Source: Octopus bimaculoides (Eukaryota). Taken from it: a stretch of 64,000 bases of DNA. Below the pieces are notes generated by a model that was not told the DNA's origin, did no database searches, and saw only the letters and a program-made list of their open reading frames with translations. The stretch is taken from the NCBI RefSeq assembly GCF_001194135.2, contig NC_068985.1, forward strand, positions 65,262,187-65,326,186, written 5' to 3'. The position numbers were made by a program, and so were the translations under genes. Shown one piece after another: positions 25,522 through 37,349 of this stretch (its first letter is position 1; each line of letters starts with the position of its first letter).

Positions 25522-26152
25522 TCTTGATATTCTTTCAGAGCAAGCTGTTTTACATCTATTACACTATTTTACTTCTGTTTCTTGGCTCTGGTAAGGCCTC
25601 TCGGAACATTCACCATGTGAATGTTCCGAGCCCTCTCCCCACCCACTGCCCATTTGCGAGCGCGCATTTTTTTCTTCATATTCGTTCCCAGAAAGTTGTT
25701 TTACACCTATTAGACTAATTTTTTAAAATTTTTGTCACCAGGTCAAACGCTTTAGTTTGACCACCATTCTATAAAGCAGTGAGATGCGGGCCCTGAATGT
25801 GAANNNNNNNNNNAACACTATAGTTTAAAAGCCATGGACTGACGATGTGTGACGATGTGAATGTTCTGAGTCCCCTCCCCACCCCGCCTTTCGCGAGAGC
25901 ACATTTTTTTTTTTTCATATTCGTTCAGAGCAAGTCGTTTTACATCTATTACACTATTTTTCTTTTGTTTCTTGGCTCCAGTGAGGCATCTCAGAACATT
26001 CACACCGTGAATGTTCCAAGCCCTCTCCCTACGCCCCCCCCCCGTTCGCAAGCGCGCATTTTTTTCTTCATATTCATTCACAGCAAGTTGTTTTACACCT
26101 ATTAGACTAATTTTTTAAAATTTTTGTCACCAGGTCAAACGCTTTAGTTTGA
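25520..26152 (+). mobile_element. Two copies of the HINE-like repeat either side of a 10-N gap
   Basis: Reverse-complement homology to 21241-21590; both copies end in GGTCAAACGCTTTAGTTTGACC. Confidence 0.55.
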
Positions 26153-26209
26153 CCACCATTCTATAAAGCAGTGAGATGCGGGCCCTGAATGTGAAGGTTA
26201 GAAAGGAAT

Positions 26210-26820
26210 GAGGCAAGTATTGCTCTGCTGGATGTATAATGTACATGTTCAACAGAGTGCTAGTGTAAAGGAATTTGTTGCCATGTGCTCTGGTTTGGTC
26301 ATGTAATGTATGGATGCCGACAGCTCCATAAAGAAGTACTGATCTCTCAAAGTAGATGAAACACATGGAAGTGGGAGACCCAGGAAGCCATGGGATGAAT
26401 TACTAAAGAATGACCTCAAGATGCTGAACCTTTCAGGCAAGGTGACAAAGGACTGAGATGCCTGGTACCTTGCTGTACTCAAGAAGACCTGTACTCTGCA
26501 GCAGAAATGTTAAGACTAGTCCCTCTGTTGGTTTAAAGCACTCATGGTGGTGCCATGTGAAAGCACCCATGTGGGTCCATGTAAAAATGCCTGTGCAATG
26601 CCATGTAAAAGCACCCATGTAGCATCATATAAAAGCATCTCTGCAGCGCCACATAAGAGCACCCAGCACACTCTGTAAAGTGATTTGTATTAGGAAGGGC
26701 ATCCAGCCATTGAAACTATGCTAAATCAGACTAATCAAATCATTCAACCCATGCCAGCATGGACAATGGACGTTAAAAGATGATGGTGATGATGATAATG
26801 ATAATGATGATGATGATAGT
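26210..26820 (+). mobile_element. RTE-clade LINE 3' remnant with (GAT)n tail
   Basis: Decayed GRPRKPWDELLKNDL coding stretch, TAGGAAGGGCATCCAGCC core, CCCATGCCAGCATGG and GATGAT tail. Confidence 0.75.
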
Positions 26821-26948
26821 TCCCTGAGATATGAAATTTATTTCAAAGGTTCCCTAAGGATAAAACAGTTGGGAAATGTTTGTCTAATCAATGGCAGTTA
26901 CTCTTCGTTATGAAAGAGTATAAGTTCTTAGATAAAAGCAATCTAAAC

Positions 26949-27238
26949 CAATGCTACTCAAAGTAGTGGTCCGCGAACTTGTGCCTGTCCACAAGCCATC
27001 AGCTGCCAATATGCATCGAGTTTCCAGAAAAGAAAGAAACATTATAAAATGCTTATGTAACATTGTATTATTCGTTTACAAAATAAATATAAGATTTTAA
27101 AAATTGTCAACTTTTATTATATTCATTATATATATTGTTTCCGGTATAAATTAAAATTACTAAGAAATATTACCGGTCCCTGGCACATTGGAAAAAATAA
27201 CTGCCAGTACACCACATCAGATAATTTGAGAAGCACTG
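26949..27238. mobile_element. hAT (Charlie-type) MITE
   Basis: TIRs CAATGCTACTCAAA / TTTGAGAAGCACTG and a perfect 8-bp TSD ATCTAAAC at 26941-26948 and 27239-27246. Confidence 0.9.
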
Positions 27239-27732
27239 ATCTAAACTATTCATATAAATTGAAGTTATTGAAGTTATTCAAAGTTATTGAAGAAGAGAAA
27301 GATCTAGGTGCAATCCTCAATAAGGATTCAAAGATCCTCCAAACATTACAGTGATTGTCAAGAAAGCTTATAATAATATGACTCTTAATGATTAACAAAA
27401 TACTTTTTTCTCATATTCACTTAGACCATGATTCAATATGTTATCTTCACTAGGGGACCACAATTCATCTAGCAATGAAGAAACTGAGTAAATTCTCAAA
27501 TTCTATCATCCCAAACTTAAGGCACTTGATTTAGGCTTTACTGTTTCTAAGACCTTTAAAGCAAGGTGTGATAAATATGAATGAACTAGTAGCAAATTGT
27601 CACCAACAAACACTCTTATACTTGTGGAACAGGATTCATATTAGATTAATCATCAAAGAAGATTATTACTGAATGAACTCATTATAAATGAGAAATATTT
27701 GAAATATTTATCTTTTCTTTCATCAATTTCAG

Positions 27733-27828
27733 GCTGATGAAATGAAATTAGAAACTAAGGAAAAGAATGATGATCCAGTACTGAAATGGAAAAAAGCAAG
27801 CTTAGCTGTTAAATCTATCATTGTATAA
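27733..27828 (+). CDS. Candidate terminal coding exon, peptide ADEMKLETKEKNDDPVLKWKKASLAVKSIIV*
   Basis: Strong acceptor TTTATCTTTTCTTTCATCAATTTCAG. Only frame 0 is open, for 31 codons to TAA. AATAAA at ~28207. Family not recognised and upstream exons not located. Confidence 0.45.
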   Translation, partial: ADEMKLETKEKNDDPVLKWKKASLAVKSIIV

Positions 27829-28374
27829 TTTGTTGAGCATTGTATATTATAATAGTTGTTGTTGCTGTTGTTGTGAAGAATGAGCTGGAAGAATTGCTGG
27901 AATGTCAGAAAAAATGCATTGCAAGATCTCTTTTGGTACTTTACATTATAAATTCATATCCTACCAAGATCAGTATTACCTTTCAGAACTGATAAAATAA
28001 AGTACCAGAGTTGACATCATTGATTCAAAACTGTTGGCCTTGTACCTAAATTAGAAATAATTATTATTGTCATCATCATCATTATTTGCATTTTCTTATT
28101 ATGGAAATTTCCTCTTCTGTTGCAGATTTTTATGTTTACATTCATATTCTCTTTTTGTACCAGTTATTTGAGTTTTATAATCATCCTTGGAATTGTCAAT
28201 GTTGTTGAATAAATACATATGTTGAAAAATTTTTTTGAGTTTAATAGCTATCTCTTACACTAGTTAAAGGTCAATTTACTAATTCTTTGAATATGTTGAT
28301 GTCATCTCTATTTCTGGTTTCTAGTAAAAATTTTATCTTACAACAGAAGTGCATTTCCTTCTATTTATATAGCA

Positions 28375-28550
28375 TCGATAATAATGATTTCAAATTTTGG
28401 CACAAGCCCAGCAATTTCAGATGTGGAGATAAGTCGATTACATTGATCCCAGTACTTAATTTATCAACTCCGAAAGGATGAAAGGCAAAGTTGACCTGGG
28501 TGGAATTTGAACCCAGAACATCGCGACAATTTTTCCAGCTTGCCACCTTA
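28375..28550 (-). mobile_element. tRNA-derived SINE
   Basis: Reverse complement contains GTTCTGGGTTCAAATTCCACCCAGGTCAACTTTGCCTTTCATCCTTTCGGAGTTGATAAATTAAGTAC (B-box-like plus conserved core). Related decayed copies are at ~27950-28070 (+) and 57130-57260 (-). Confidence 0.7.
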
Positions 28551-28671
28551 GAAGTAGTAATAATAATGAAACTCAATTTTATTGGCCTGTGATCAATATT
28601 ACCGCTATATTACTGATGAGATTTGAACTCAGAGTATAAAACACATAACAGTACCACAAGACATTTTGACA

Positions 28672-28767
28672 GATACTTTACCAATCCTCCATCTACTGCC
28701 CTACATTCTACCATTCAGACTGATACTTTACCAATCCTCCATCTACTGCCCTACATTCTACCATTCA
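28672..28767. repeat. 50-bp tandem duplication at the edge of a decayed SINE
   Basis: GATACTTTACCAATCCTCCATCTACTGCCCTACATTCTACCATTCA occurs at 28672 and 28722. Confidence 0.9.
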
Positions 28768-29738
28768 TCACTCTTTCAATGATAATAAATTGCAATATTC
28801 TTGGTGTGTCTGCACTGGATTACTTTGATACTTGTGGCAGCCATATTGAAAGTGATAGTCCAGACATCTGAGAAAAAAATGTTCTCTAAAGGATCCACAG
28901 GTGCATATTCCTAAGATGGGGACATGAAATGATGCATCATTATTCATATTAACTCAAAGTCACACACTGAGTATGGGATTATTATCCTGTATTGTTAAAC
29001 TATAATTTTTGTATAGCCTTTGCTGTTAGATTTTAAACATCTTGTTATTCTCCACACACAGAATAACAAATAGATTGTCTTGACATACTTCACAATCTGT
29101 TGACACTTGTTGATAAATGAGTGCCTTGCATTCTTTTGCTCTCTAAGGAAATTTACAGCAGATTACTACTTAAATCAAACATGAACCAGAATTTAAATGT
29201 GTGTAAAAAGAATAACCAGACGTATTTACATCTGTTTACAGTTTCAGAGTGAAGACATTCAAAAGGTTTGGTTTCACCATTTTATATTTATTTCAAGGTT
29301 TTAATATATATTATGTTGTACATAAATAGTTCTTAATTAATTAGTAACACATATGAATGCATGATATGCAATCTAGTCTAGTCATTACAGATAAGTTCTT
29401 GTTTGTATTTGATTTAAATAGTGATATATTATAAGATTTCTTTATAGGCTGAAGGATGAATGAATATTTATTGTCTGACAAGTGATAAAAGACTATGAAT
29501 CATATCAAAATAATTTCCATTTTACTGTTTATAAAGAGGAAATCAAGGTGTATTTATATGCTTAGTTACCAGTGAAATTATGCACATATTGTGCATAAAT
29601 ACTTCTTAAAAATGATATTATATATATATATGTGTCTTCCAAAGAACAGATTCTTTGAAACTTTTGAAACTGATATCATAAACTTGTCAATTAACAGACC
29701 ACAAACATATTTGACCTTGAGTGCTGCTGTTCCTGCTA

Positions 29739-29854
29739 TTAGGTTTCTGGGCTTGCATCTTGAGGTGGTGGTGTTGGTGGGATGACTGATGCTGAAGCTG
29801 TCTTGTCTACAAGACATTTTGATTGTCCCTTATCTTGCTCTTTTTCTATCTTCC
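29739..29854 (-). CDS. Candidate terminal coding exon, peptide (G)KIEKEQDKGQSKCLVDKTASASVIPPTPPPQDASPET*
   Basis: TAACAG acceptor with a modest pyrimidine tract, open frame to TAA, coding-like composition against AT-rich flanks, and minus-strand AATAAA near 29470 and 29290. Family not recognised. Confidence 0.35.
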
Positions 29855-30234
29855 CTGTTATATACATTGGGAATGGTTGTGAGTGTACACAAATGTATAT
29901 GCGTAACTGCCCACTTAGATATAAAAAAGACAGTGCTTTATTTGCTTGTCTCCTATTATATTGTCCTAGGTTCAACCATCCTACTAATGTCTATTGATAA
30001 TTTGCATATTGAGGATATGTATTGAGCACTTAACACCATTCTTTGTGTTTTTTATTAAACACTGAAGAAGTGAATAAGATTATGTAATATTTCAACATGC
30101 AGTTATGTAATCCTGGCAGTTAGTTTGGTGAATTGTATATATGATTTATAAAACATAAAATGCCATATGTGTTTTCTGTAGTTTATGAGCAACCACAATT
30201 AATGTCAGTATAATGAAAGGAAGGATAGGTGAGT

Positions 30235-30267
30235 GGATTTGGTTGACGGAAACTGAAAGAAGCCCAT

Positions 30268-30300
<33 letters not shown>

Positions 30301-30512
30301 ATTTGTGTGTCTGTGTTTGTCCCCCAACATCACTTGACAACCGATGTTGGTGTGTTCACATCCCCGTAACTTAGTGGTTCAGCAAAATAAACTGATAGAA
30401 TAAGTACTATGCTTACAAAGAATAAGTCCTGGGGGTCGATTTGCTCGACTAAAGGTGGTGCTTCAGCATGGCTGCAGTCAAATGACTGATACAAGTAAAA
30501 GAATGAAAGAAT
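30235..30512 (+). mobile_element. SINE 3' half with internal (GT)n
   Basis: GACGGAAACTGAAAGAAGCCC-(GT)n-...CCCCGTAACTTAGTGGTTCAGCAAAA...GGTGGTGCTTCAGCATGGCTGCAGTCAAATGACTGA. The same tail recurs at 62095-62200. Confidence 0.7.
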
Positions 30513-31079
30513 ATGCTCCACAATCCAGGCTGGCAGATGGACAAAAGAACCAATTTGACAACATTGGGGGTGGGGCAGATGTATGCTAACTACATGATGC
30601 TAGTCTCCAGCTCATCAAGTTGTCTACAGGGCCTGCTCAACAAGTGCTCAGAGTTTTACCAGGAGATAGTATTTGCAATTAAAGTCTCAAAATGCACCTG
30701 GTTCACATATTTATGAGTCACAATCAACCCATGGTTGACTTGAGAGGTGGGTATTTCACTAGAGTGTGTGTCACAGTGCATAAGTAATACCTACCTAGGT
30801 TGTTTGACAGCCTAATGCAGTCTGTGCCTGACTGGGGAGCACTCGAGATTTAACACGGTCATTTGTGTGGAGACCTGAATCTTCAGGAGTTGCTTTCTGT
30901 CCACATCTTACAGGTGTTATGTCCATCTGTCTAGTCCTTCTTGACAGTCAAATGGCTGGATAAATGGTCACAATGTTTTTTCGGGATTACAAAAGGAGGT
31001 AATCAGGAAGGTTTTTAGTGGAAAAAATGTGAAAAAGTATGATTATTTAATGGATATTGAGTTTTACGACAAAGTCTCA

Positions 31080-31935
31080 GCACCCTGAGATAAATGTTGG
31101 ACATAAAAAGCATGGGATGTGGCGTGCAAAAGAGATATCTGTGCTGGTATGGTCATGTACTATGGATGGGTGAGGAGAGCTGTGTGAAAAAGTGCCACTC
31201 CCAAACAGTAGAAGGAACCCATGGTAGAGGGAGACCCAGGAAGACATGGGATGAGGTGGTGAAGCATGACCTTCAAATGTTGGGCCTCACAGAGGCAATG
31301 ACAAAAGACCTCTGGAGATATGCTGTGACTGAGAAGACCTGGCAAATAAAGTGAGATCACAGCTGTAGCCTACACTAGTGTCGCATAACCAGCCCACTCA
31401 AAAAATGCCTTTGGATCGTGGGGTGACATGCCATGCTTGAGGAGACCTATTGAGTCAAGTACATCAATACCAAAATCAAATCAAACCACAATCAAATGAA
31501 AATTGTAGTTGTAGCCGATGCCAGTGCTACCTGTCTGGCTCCCCGTGCCAGTGACACATAAAAAGCACCATCCAAATCTAGTTGATGCCAGCCCACTCAC
31601 CCCGACTGGCTCCTGTGCCAGTGGCATGTAAAAAGCACCATCCGAGCATGACTGATGCCAGTGCTGCCTTGACTGGCTCCCGTGCCGGTGGCACGTAAAA
31701 GCACCATCCAAACATGGTCGATGCCAGACCCCTCTGGCTCCCATGCCGGTGGCACATAAAAAGCACCCACTACACTCTCAGAGTAGTTGGTGTTAGGAAG
31801 GGCATCCAGCTGTAGAAACACTGCCAGATCAGACTGGAGCCTCATGCAGACACCTGGCTTCCCAGACCCGTCGAACCATCCAACCCATGCCAGCATGGAA
31901 AATGGATGTTAAACGATGATGATGATAATGATGAA
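31080..31935 (+). mobile_element. RTE-clade LINE 3' remnant with ~60-bp tandem subrepeats in the 3' UTR
   Basis: ORF 31094-31354 LCWYGHVLWM...GRGRPRKTWDEVVKHDL, four GATGCCAG...GGCTCC...GTGCC..TGGCAC.TAAAA.GCACC units at 31515-31770, and the standard tail. Confidence 0.85.
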
Positions 31936-33149
31936 ATTACCTTTCATTTTTTTTTTTCGATCTTTTAAAAATTCCAGCGACAAGGATTAACTCTGGATCC
32001 CCCCCCCCCAGTATAGTTTGTTAGAGGGTTTAGATTTGCGATACTCTACCTCTGTTTCCCATGGTAGATGGACAGATTTGGGCGTCTATCCATCTGTCTG
32101 TCTCTTTATCTGTTCCCTCTTCAAGGACAGACAGCTGGACCAATGGTTACGATATTTTTCAGGATTACAAAGACAGTCATCAGGAAGGTTTTTAGCATAA
32201 AAAATCAGAAAGGATGATTATTTCATGGATATCAATTTTTGAATTGATAAACCACCTTCACATTTCTATTAAAAATTCACCGACTACGAGTAACTCTGGA
32301 TTTTCATCATATAGTTCATGGCCCCATTGTAGATGCAAAGGGAGTCGCGAGGACAGTTGATAGTGAAAATAAAATGGAAAAATTGTGCATCAGTATGTGT
32401 GATTATTTAGTGGTTATTGAAGTGTGTCAGTCTCATGCAGGATTCAAAATGGCTAATCGAAGCAACTGTTGTTTACGTCAATCAAAATAACCCATGGTAC
32501 CAGAACATCTAGATATTATTCATATAGAACAGTGAGAGGTAAGTCTTAGTTCAATTTTTTGCAACCCTAAAGATTCTGCTCATGCAAATAAGGCACAGAG
32601 CCAGACTTTAGATTGTGTAGGTGTATTTTACCCACTCCAATGTTTACACATGGCCAGTTATACATCGCAACAGACTTCAGTAATTTGAAAATTAGTGTCG
32701 ACCAAACAGAAAATATCATCTACAAAGAAGTTTTGTAATCATATTGATATGATTACAAGGAATATGATTCATAATTTAAATAAGGAAATTTGTGAACTTT
32801 GAATGTATAAGAATAAAAAACAGTGTAAACAACTAAAATAAAAGTATATCTTAATACTTTTTATGTAGTGGTCGAAGGAAGCTCTGGCTTTTGTTAGGAG
32901 TTGTCCACATAACCATTTATGATACAGGGGCTGGGAGCCTATTTCAGTTTGGGAGTGAATCATCATCACATGTCACTTAGTCGCAAACACAAGTCACATA
33001 GCTGCAATAGAATGCTGTATCACCAACAATAATGTGATTTCTCTAAGACATCATCCAGTAATTTATCAAGTCCATTTACACATTTCTTAATATATACTGC
33101 TGTTATGACTTCGCTCCCTCATTTTATGCCTCCATCGTAGATGGGTAGA

Positions 33150-34620
33150 TTTCCTAATATTTTTAATTCAGTGAAATCTTTCATAAATATAGTATACACA
33201 GCTATAAGTAAATGTATTACTTAGTAATCTGAAAAGTGTAAGTGAGAAAAATTGAAAATCAATAGCAATGAATATTAGCTTGCGAAAAGAATTTTTCATT
33301 TTCCAATTTTTGAATGATTTCACAGTAATATGCAACATTTTCGATATTCATGTTTTTACGAAAGGTTGAAGCTTTAGTGAAATATTTGGAAAGTATAACC
33401 TTCACGGCTATTAGTAAATGAATTTTAATGCATTACTTCTCAATCTGAGAAATGTGAGTGAGAAAAATTGAGTCACAAAACAAATTTTCATTTCACCATT
33501 TTTGAACGAATTCATGCTGATTTGCAACATTTTCGATTTACATGCTTTTTGTGAAAGGTTGAAGCTTCAGAGAAATGTTTGGTAAATACAATCTTCACAG
33601 CTATTAGTAAATATGTATTAACCTATTTATTCTCAATTTGACCAGCGTTGGTGAGAAACATTGAAAGTCACAAATATGCAATGGTATTAGCCTGAGAAAA
33701 CAATTTTTCATTTTGCCATTTTCGAATGATTTCATGCTGCTTTGTAACATTTTTGGTGTACATGTTTTCTGTGAAAGGTTGAAGCTTCAGGGAAATGTTT
33801 GATACATATAATCTTCACAGCTATTTCTAAATGAATATAAACTCATTACATCTCAATCTGACAAGTGTTAGTGAGAAAAATTGAAAGTATATGCTGAATA
33901 ACAGCCTGAGAAACCAACAATTTTTCATTTCAAAATTTTCAAGTAATTTGATGCTGATTTGCAAATTTTTCATTTATATGATTTCTGAGAAAGGTGGAAG
34001 CTTCAGTGAAATATTTGGTAAACATAATCTTCACAGCTATTAGTAAACATATATCAATTAACCCAATACTTTTCAATCTGAAGGGTATGTATGATTTTGC
34101 ACTGATTTCTAACATTTTAGATATTAATGTTTTCTGAGAAAGGTTGAAGCTTCAGTGAAATATTTGGTAAATGTAATCATCACAGCTATTAGTAAATGAA
34201 TTTTAACACATTATGTCTCAATTTGACGAGTGTGATTGAGAAAGTTTGACAGGCAAATGTTGAATATTAGTCTGAGAAAACAAAAATTTTCCATTTTGCA
34301 ATTTTCGAATGATTTCACGCTGTTTGCAACATTTTTGATGTACATGATTTCTGAGAAAGGTGGAAGCTTGAGTGGAATGTTTAGTAAATGTAATTTTCTC
34401 GGCTATTAGTAAATATATGTTAATTAACCCAATACTTCCTAATCTTATGGGTATGAATGTAAAAATGGAAAGATTTTTCATATACCATTTTTTTTAATGA
34501 TTTCAGGCTGATTTGCAACATTTTTAACAATCCTCACAGGTATTAGTTGATGTATATTCACCAATTATTTCTCCATCTGAAAAGTGTGAGAAAGTCACCA
34601 ATTTCAAAAATGTAACTCAG
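33150..34620 (+). repeat. Diverged ~215-220-bp tandem satellite (block 1)
   Basis: The landmark GAAAGGT(T/G)GAAGCTT recurs at 33360, 33553, 33773, 33989, 34138 and 34355 (spacings 193, 220, 216, 149, 217). Confidence 0.9.
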
Positions 34621-34639
34621 AAACATTAATGAGACTTGG

Positions 34640-36918
34640 AAACACAAGCCCTAATCTAAACCTTAGTCCTCACCCTAAGAATAACCTTAACACTAACTAT
34701 AAATCTATATCTAACCCTCAAGCTACCCATAACCCTAACACTAATTCCAACCCTAACACCAAACTTAACATTAACACTAACCATAAACCAACCCTAACCC
34801 TAAACGGCTACATGGTTGATGAAAACATTATATTTATCAGAATTCACCGAAGTCACAACGTTTTTCACAAAACTCAAACTCACAAAATTTTGCAAATAAG
34901 CATGAAAAAACAACACAATTTGAAAATGCGAAATTCGTGTTTTCCAGTAGTTTTTTTACACTTTTAGATAGTTTTCATTTTTGCAAAACGCACTTTTCAT
35001 TTTGAAGTCTNNNNNNNNNNNNNNNNNNNNNNNNNNNNNNNNNNNNNNNNNNNNNNNNNNNNNNNNNNNNNNNNNNNNNNNNNNNNNNNNNNNNNNNNNN
35101 NNNNNNNNNNGTGGTTTTGCAAAAACGAAAACTACCTAAAAATGTCTAAAATCGACTGGACCTAACACTAAACCACACCCAAACCCTAAAGCGAATCCTA
35201 ATATTACACCTTACATTAACCATAACATTAACACTAACCACAATAATAACAATAATAACATTAACCCTAAACCATAGACTAAACATGGCAGTAACTTTAG
35301 CCTCAAACTATAAATGTGATCCTAACCCTAACCTTTACACTAACCCTTACTCTAGCCCTCACCCTCAACCTCAACCCTTAAACTAACCCCAAACCCTAGG
35401 CTTACAACTAACCATAGCTCTGACCCTAATCGTAAAACCTAAACCTAAAATTAAAATTAAACCCAACTGTAACCCTAACACTAATCCTAACATCCAACCT
35501 TGAAACTAACTTTAAATTTAAACCTACCCTAACACTAACCTTTAACCTAAATATGATGTTATCCTGAAACCAAGTGTAACCATAACTCTAATCCCAACAG
35601 CTAACACTAGCTCAACCTAACCCAAACCCAACCCTAAAGCTAACCTGAATCCTTACCTCAACCATAACCCTTCCCTGCACCTAAAACTAAAATTTATTGA
35701 AACCCTAACTCTAACACTAAACCTAACCCAATATATAACACTGCACTAAACTTTACTCTAACCCTAATCCTAACCCTAACTCTTACTCTAAACCTAACCC
35801 TAACCATGAACTTAAACATGAAACTAACCTTAACATTAACCCTAAACCTAAAACTATGCCTAACCCTAATCTCAAACTGAACCCTAATATTTAACTTAAA
35901 CCTAGATCTAGACTCTGAACATAACCCTAACACTACAGAAAATCGAATCCCAAACCTCACTGTAACCCTTACTCTAAACCTAGGACCTAATCATAAGCCT
36001 AATCCTAACTCTAATACCAAACTGAATCCTAAACCTAGACCTAACCATAAACCTAGCACTAAATTAAAACCAATCCATGACCATCACTTGAAACCTAAAC
36101 CTAAATGCTGCCATAAACTTATCTCTAGCCTTAATCCTAATTCCAAACCTAACACTAAACCTAAGCCTAACCTGAATGCTGACACTACTCTAACCCTAGC
36201 CCTAACATTAATGCTAAACCTACCCCAAACCCTAACTTTCACCCTATCCACAACCGTAACCCTAACCTAAACCCTACTCCTGAACCCTACTCCACACCTA
36301 AATCTAACCCCCAAATTATTCCCTATCCCAATCCCAAACCTTCAACTGAATTCCAAATGTAACCCTAAACCTAAACCATACACTACTCTGAACCTTATAC
36401 TATTCTATCTAACTCTAATTTTAACTCTAAATGTAACTTTTACCATAACCCTAACCCTAACTCAAACTCTAATGGGAACCCTAAACCTAAATGTAACCCT
36501 AACCCTAGCTAACACTGACCCTATTCATAACTCTAAACCAATTGTTTCCTCTGAACTTAAATCTAACTTAACCCTATAGCCCTAATGCTAACCTAAAAAT
36601 AACCAGGACCCCAGCCCTAGCCTGAACTTTAACATTAATTCTAACCCTAGCCATAGCATAACCTATCCCTACAGTAACCCTGAAACTAAACCTAATCCTA
36701 ACCGTTTCCTTCCATAATATTAAACAGTACCAAAATTAGTCCTAAGACTAATTTTAACCCTCAACTTACCCTAATGCTAAACTTAACCCTAACTCTTAAG
36801 TGAAACCTAACCCTAACATAAACATAAATTTACCTTTAACACTAACCCAAAATTGAAACCCTTACTCTTATTCTAAACTTAACCCTAAACCTCATCAAAA
36901 CTTAAGCCCTGGCCCTAA
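34640..36918 (-). repeat. Degenerate telomere-like tract (CCCTAA-rich on + strand), interrupted by a 34803-35159 insertion
   Basis: Continuous 6-bp-periodic AACCCT/AAACCT/AACACT variants. Confidence 0.9.
34944..35159. repeat. Inverted repeat spanning a 100-N gap (part of an inserted fold-back element)
   Basis: CCAGTAG...TTTTAGATAGTTTTCATTTTTGCAAAACGCAC versus the reverse complement of GTGGTTTTGCAAAAACGAAAACTACCTAAAAATG...GACTGG. Confidence 0.75.
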
Positions 36919-36919
36919 C

Positions 36920-37340
36920 AGGGAGAAATGTTGAAGTTTCTATGAAATGCTTTTAGTGATTGTATATCACATCTATTAATAAATGTATATCAACCCATTA
37001 TTTCTCAATCTGATAAGTGTGAGTGAGAAAACTAAAATGTCACAAATGTTCAATATTTGTCTGAGAAAATAACGATTATTTATTTTGCAATTGTTGAACG
37101 ATTTAACGCGAATTTCCCACATTTTTGATGTTTATAATTTCAGAAGAACAAAACTTCTGAAAGGCTGTTAAATAAAATCTACTAGATATATATTAACACA
37201 TCACTTCTCAGTGTGACAAGGGTGAGTGTGAGATGTAAAGTCTCTAATGTTGAATATTAGCCTCGGAAAACATCCATGCTAGTTTTGAATGATTTCACAC
37301 TGATATTCACCATTTTTTGTGTTCATGATTTCTAAGAAAA
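36920..37340 (+). repeat. Satellite block 2 (about two monomers)
   Basis: Same motifs as block 1 (CTCAATCTGA.AAGTGTGAGTGAGAAAA, GAATGATTTCAC). Confidence 0.8.
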
Positions 37341-37349
37341 TGTTAAGTT

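Noticed and set aside
25694-26195. Identical 110-bp segments (including flank beyond the element terminus) on both sides of a 10-N gap
   Set aside because: Most likely two alleles or contig overlap scaffolded in tandem; an assembly artefact, not a real duplication.
31515-31770. Regular ~60-bp repeats, and similar ones at 59103-59360, as a possible CRISPR-like array
   Set aside because: The units are whole diverged tandem copies without unique spacers, lie in LINE 3' UTRs, and the context is eukaryotic.
32240-33130. Short ORFs and a GAG|GTAAGT donor at ~32547
   Set aside because: Frames between candidate acceptors and the donor contain stops; a weak transposase-like resemblance (NKSQSFLRPL) could not be supported.
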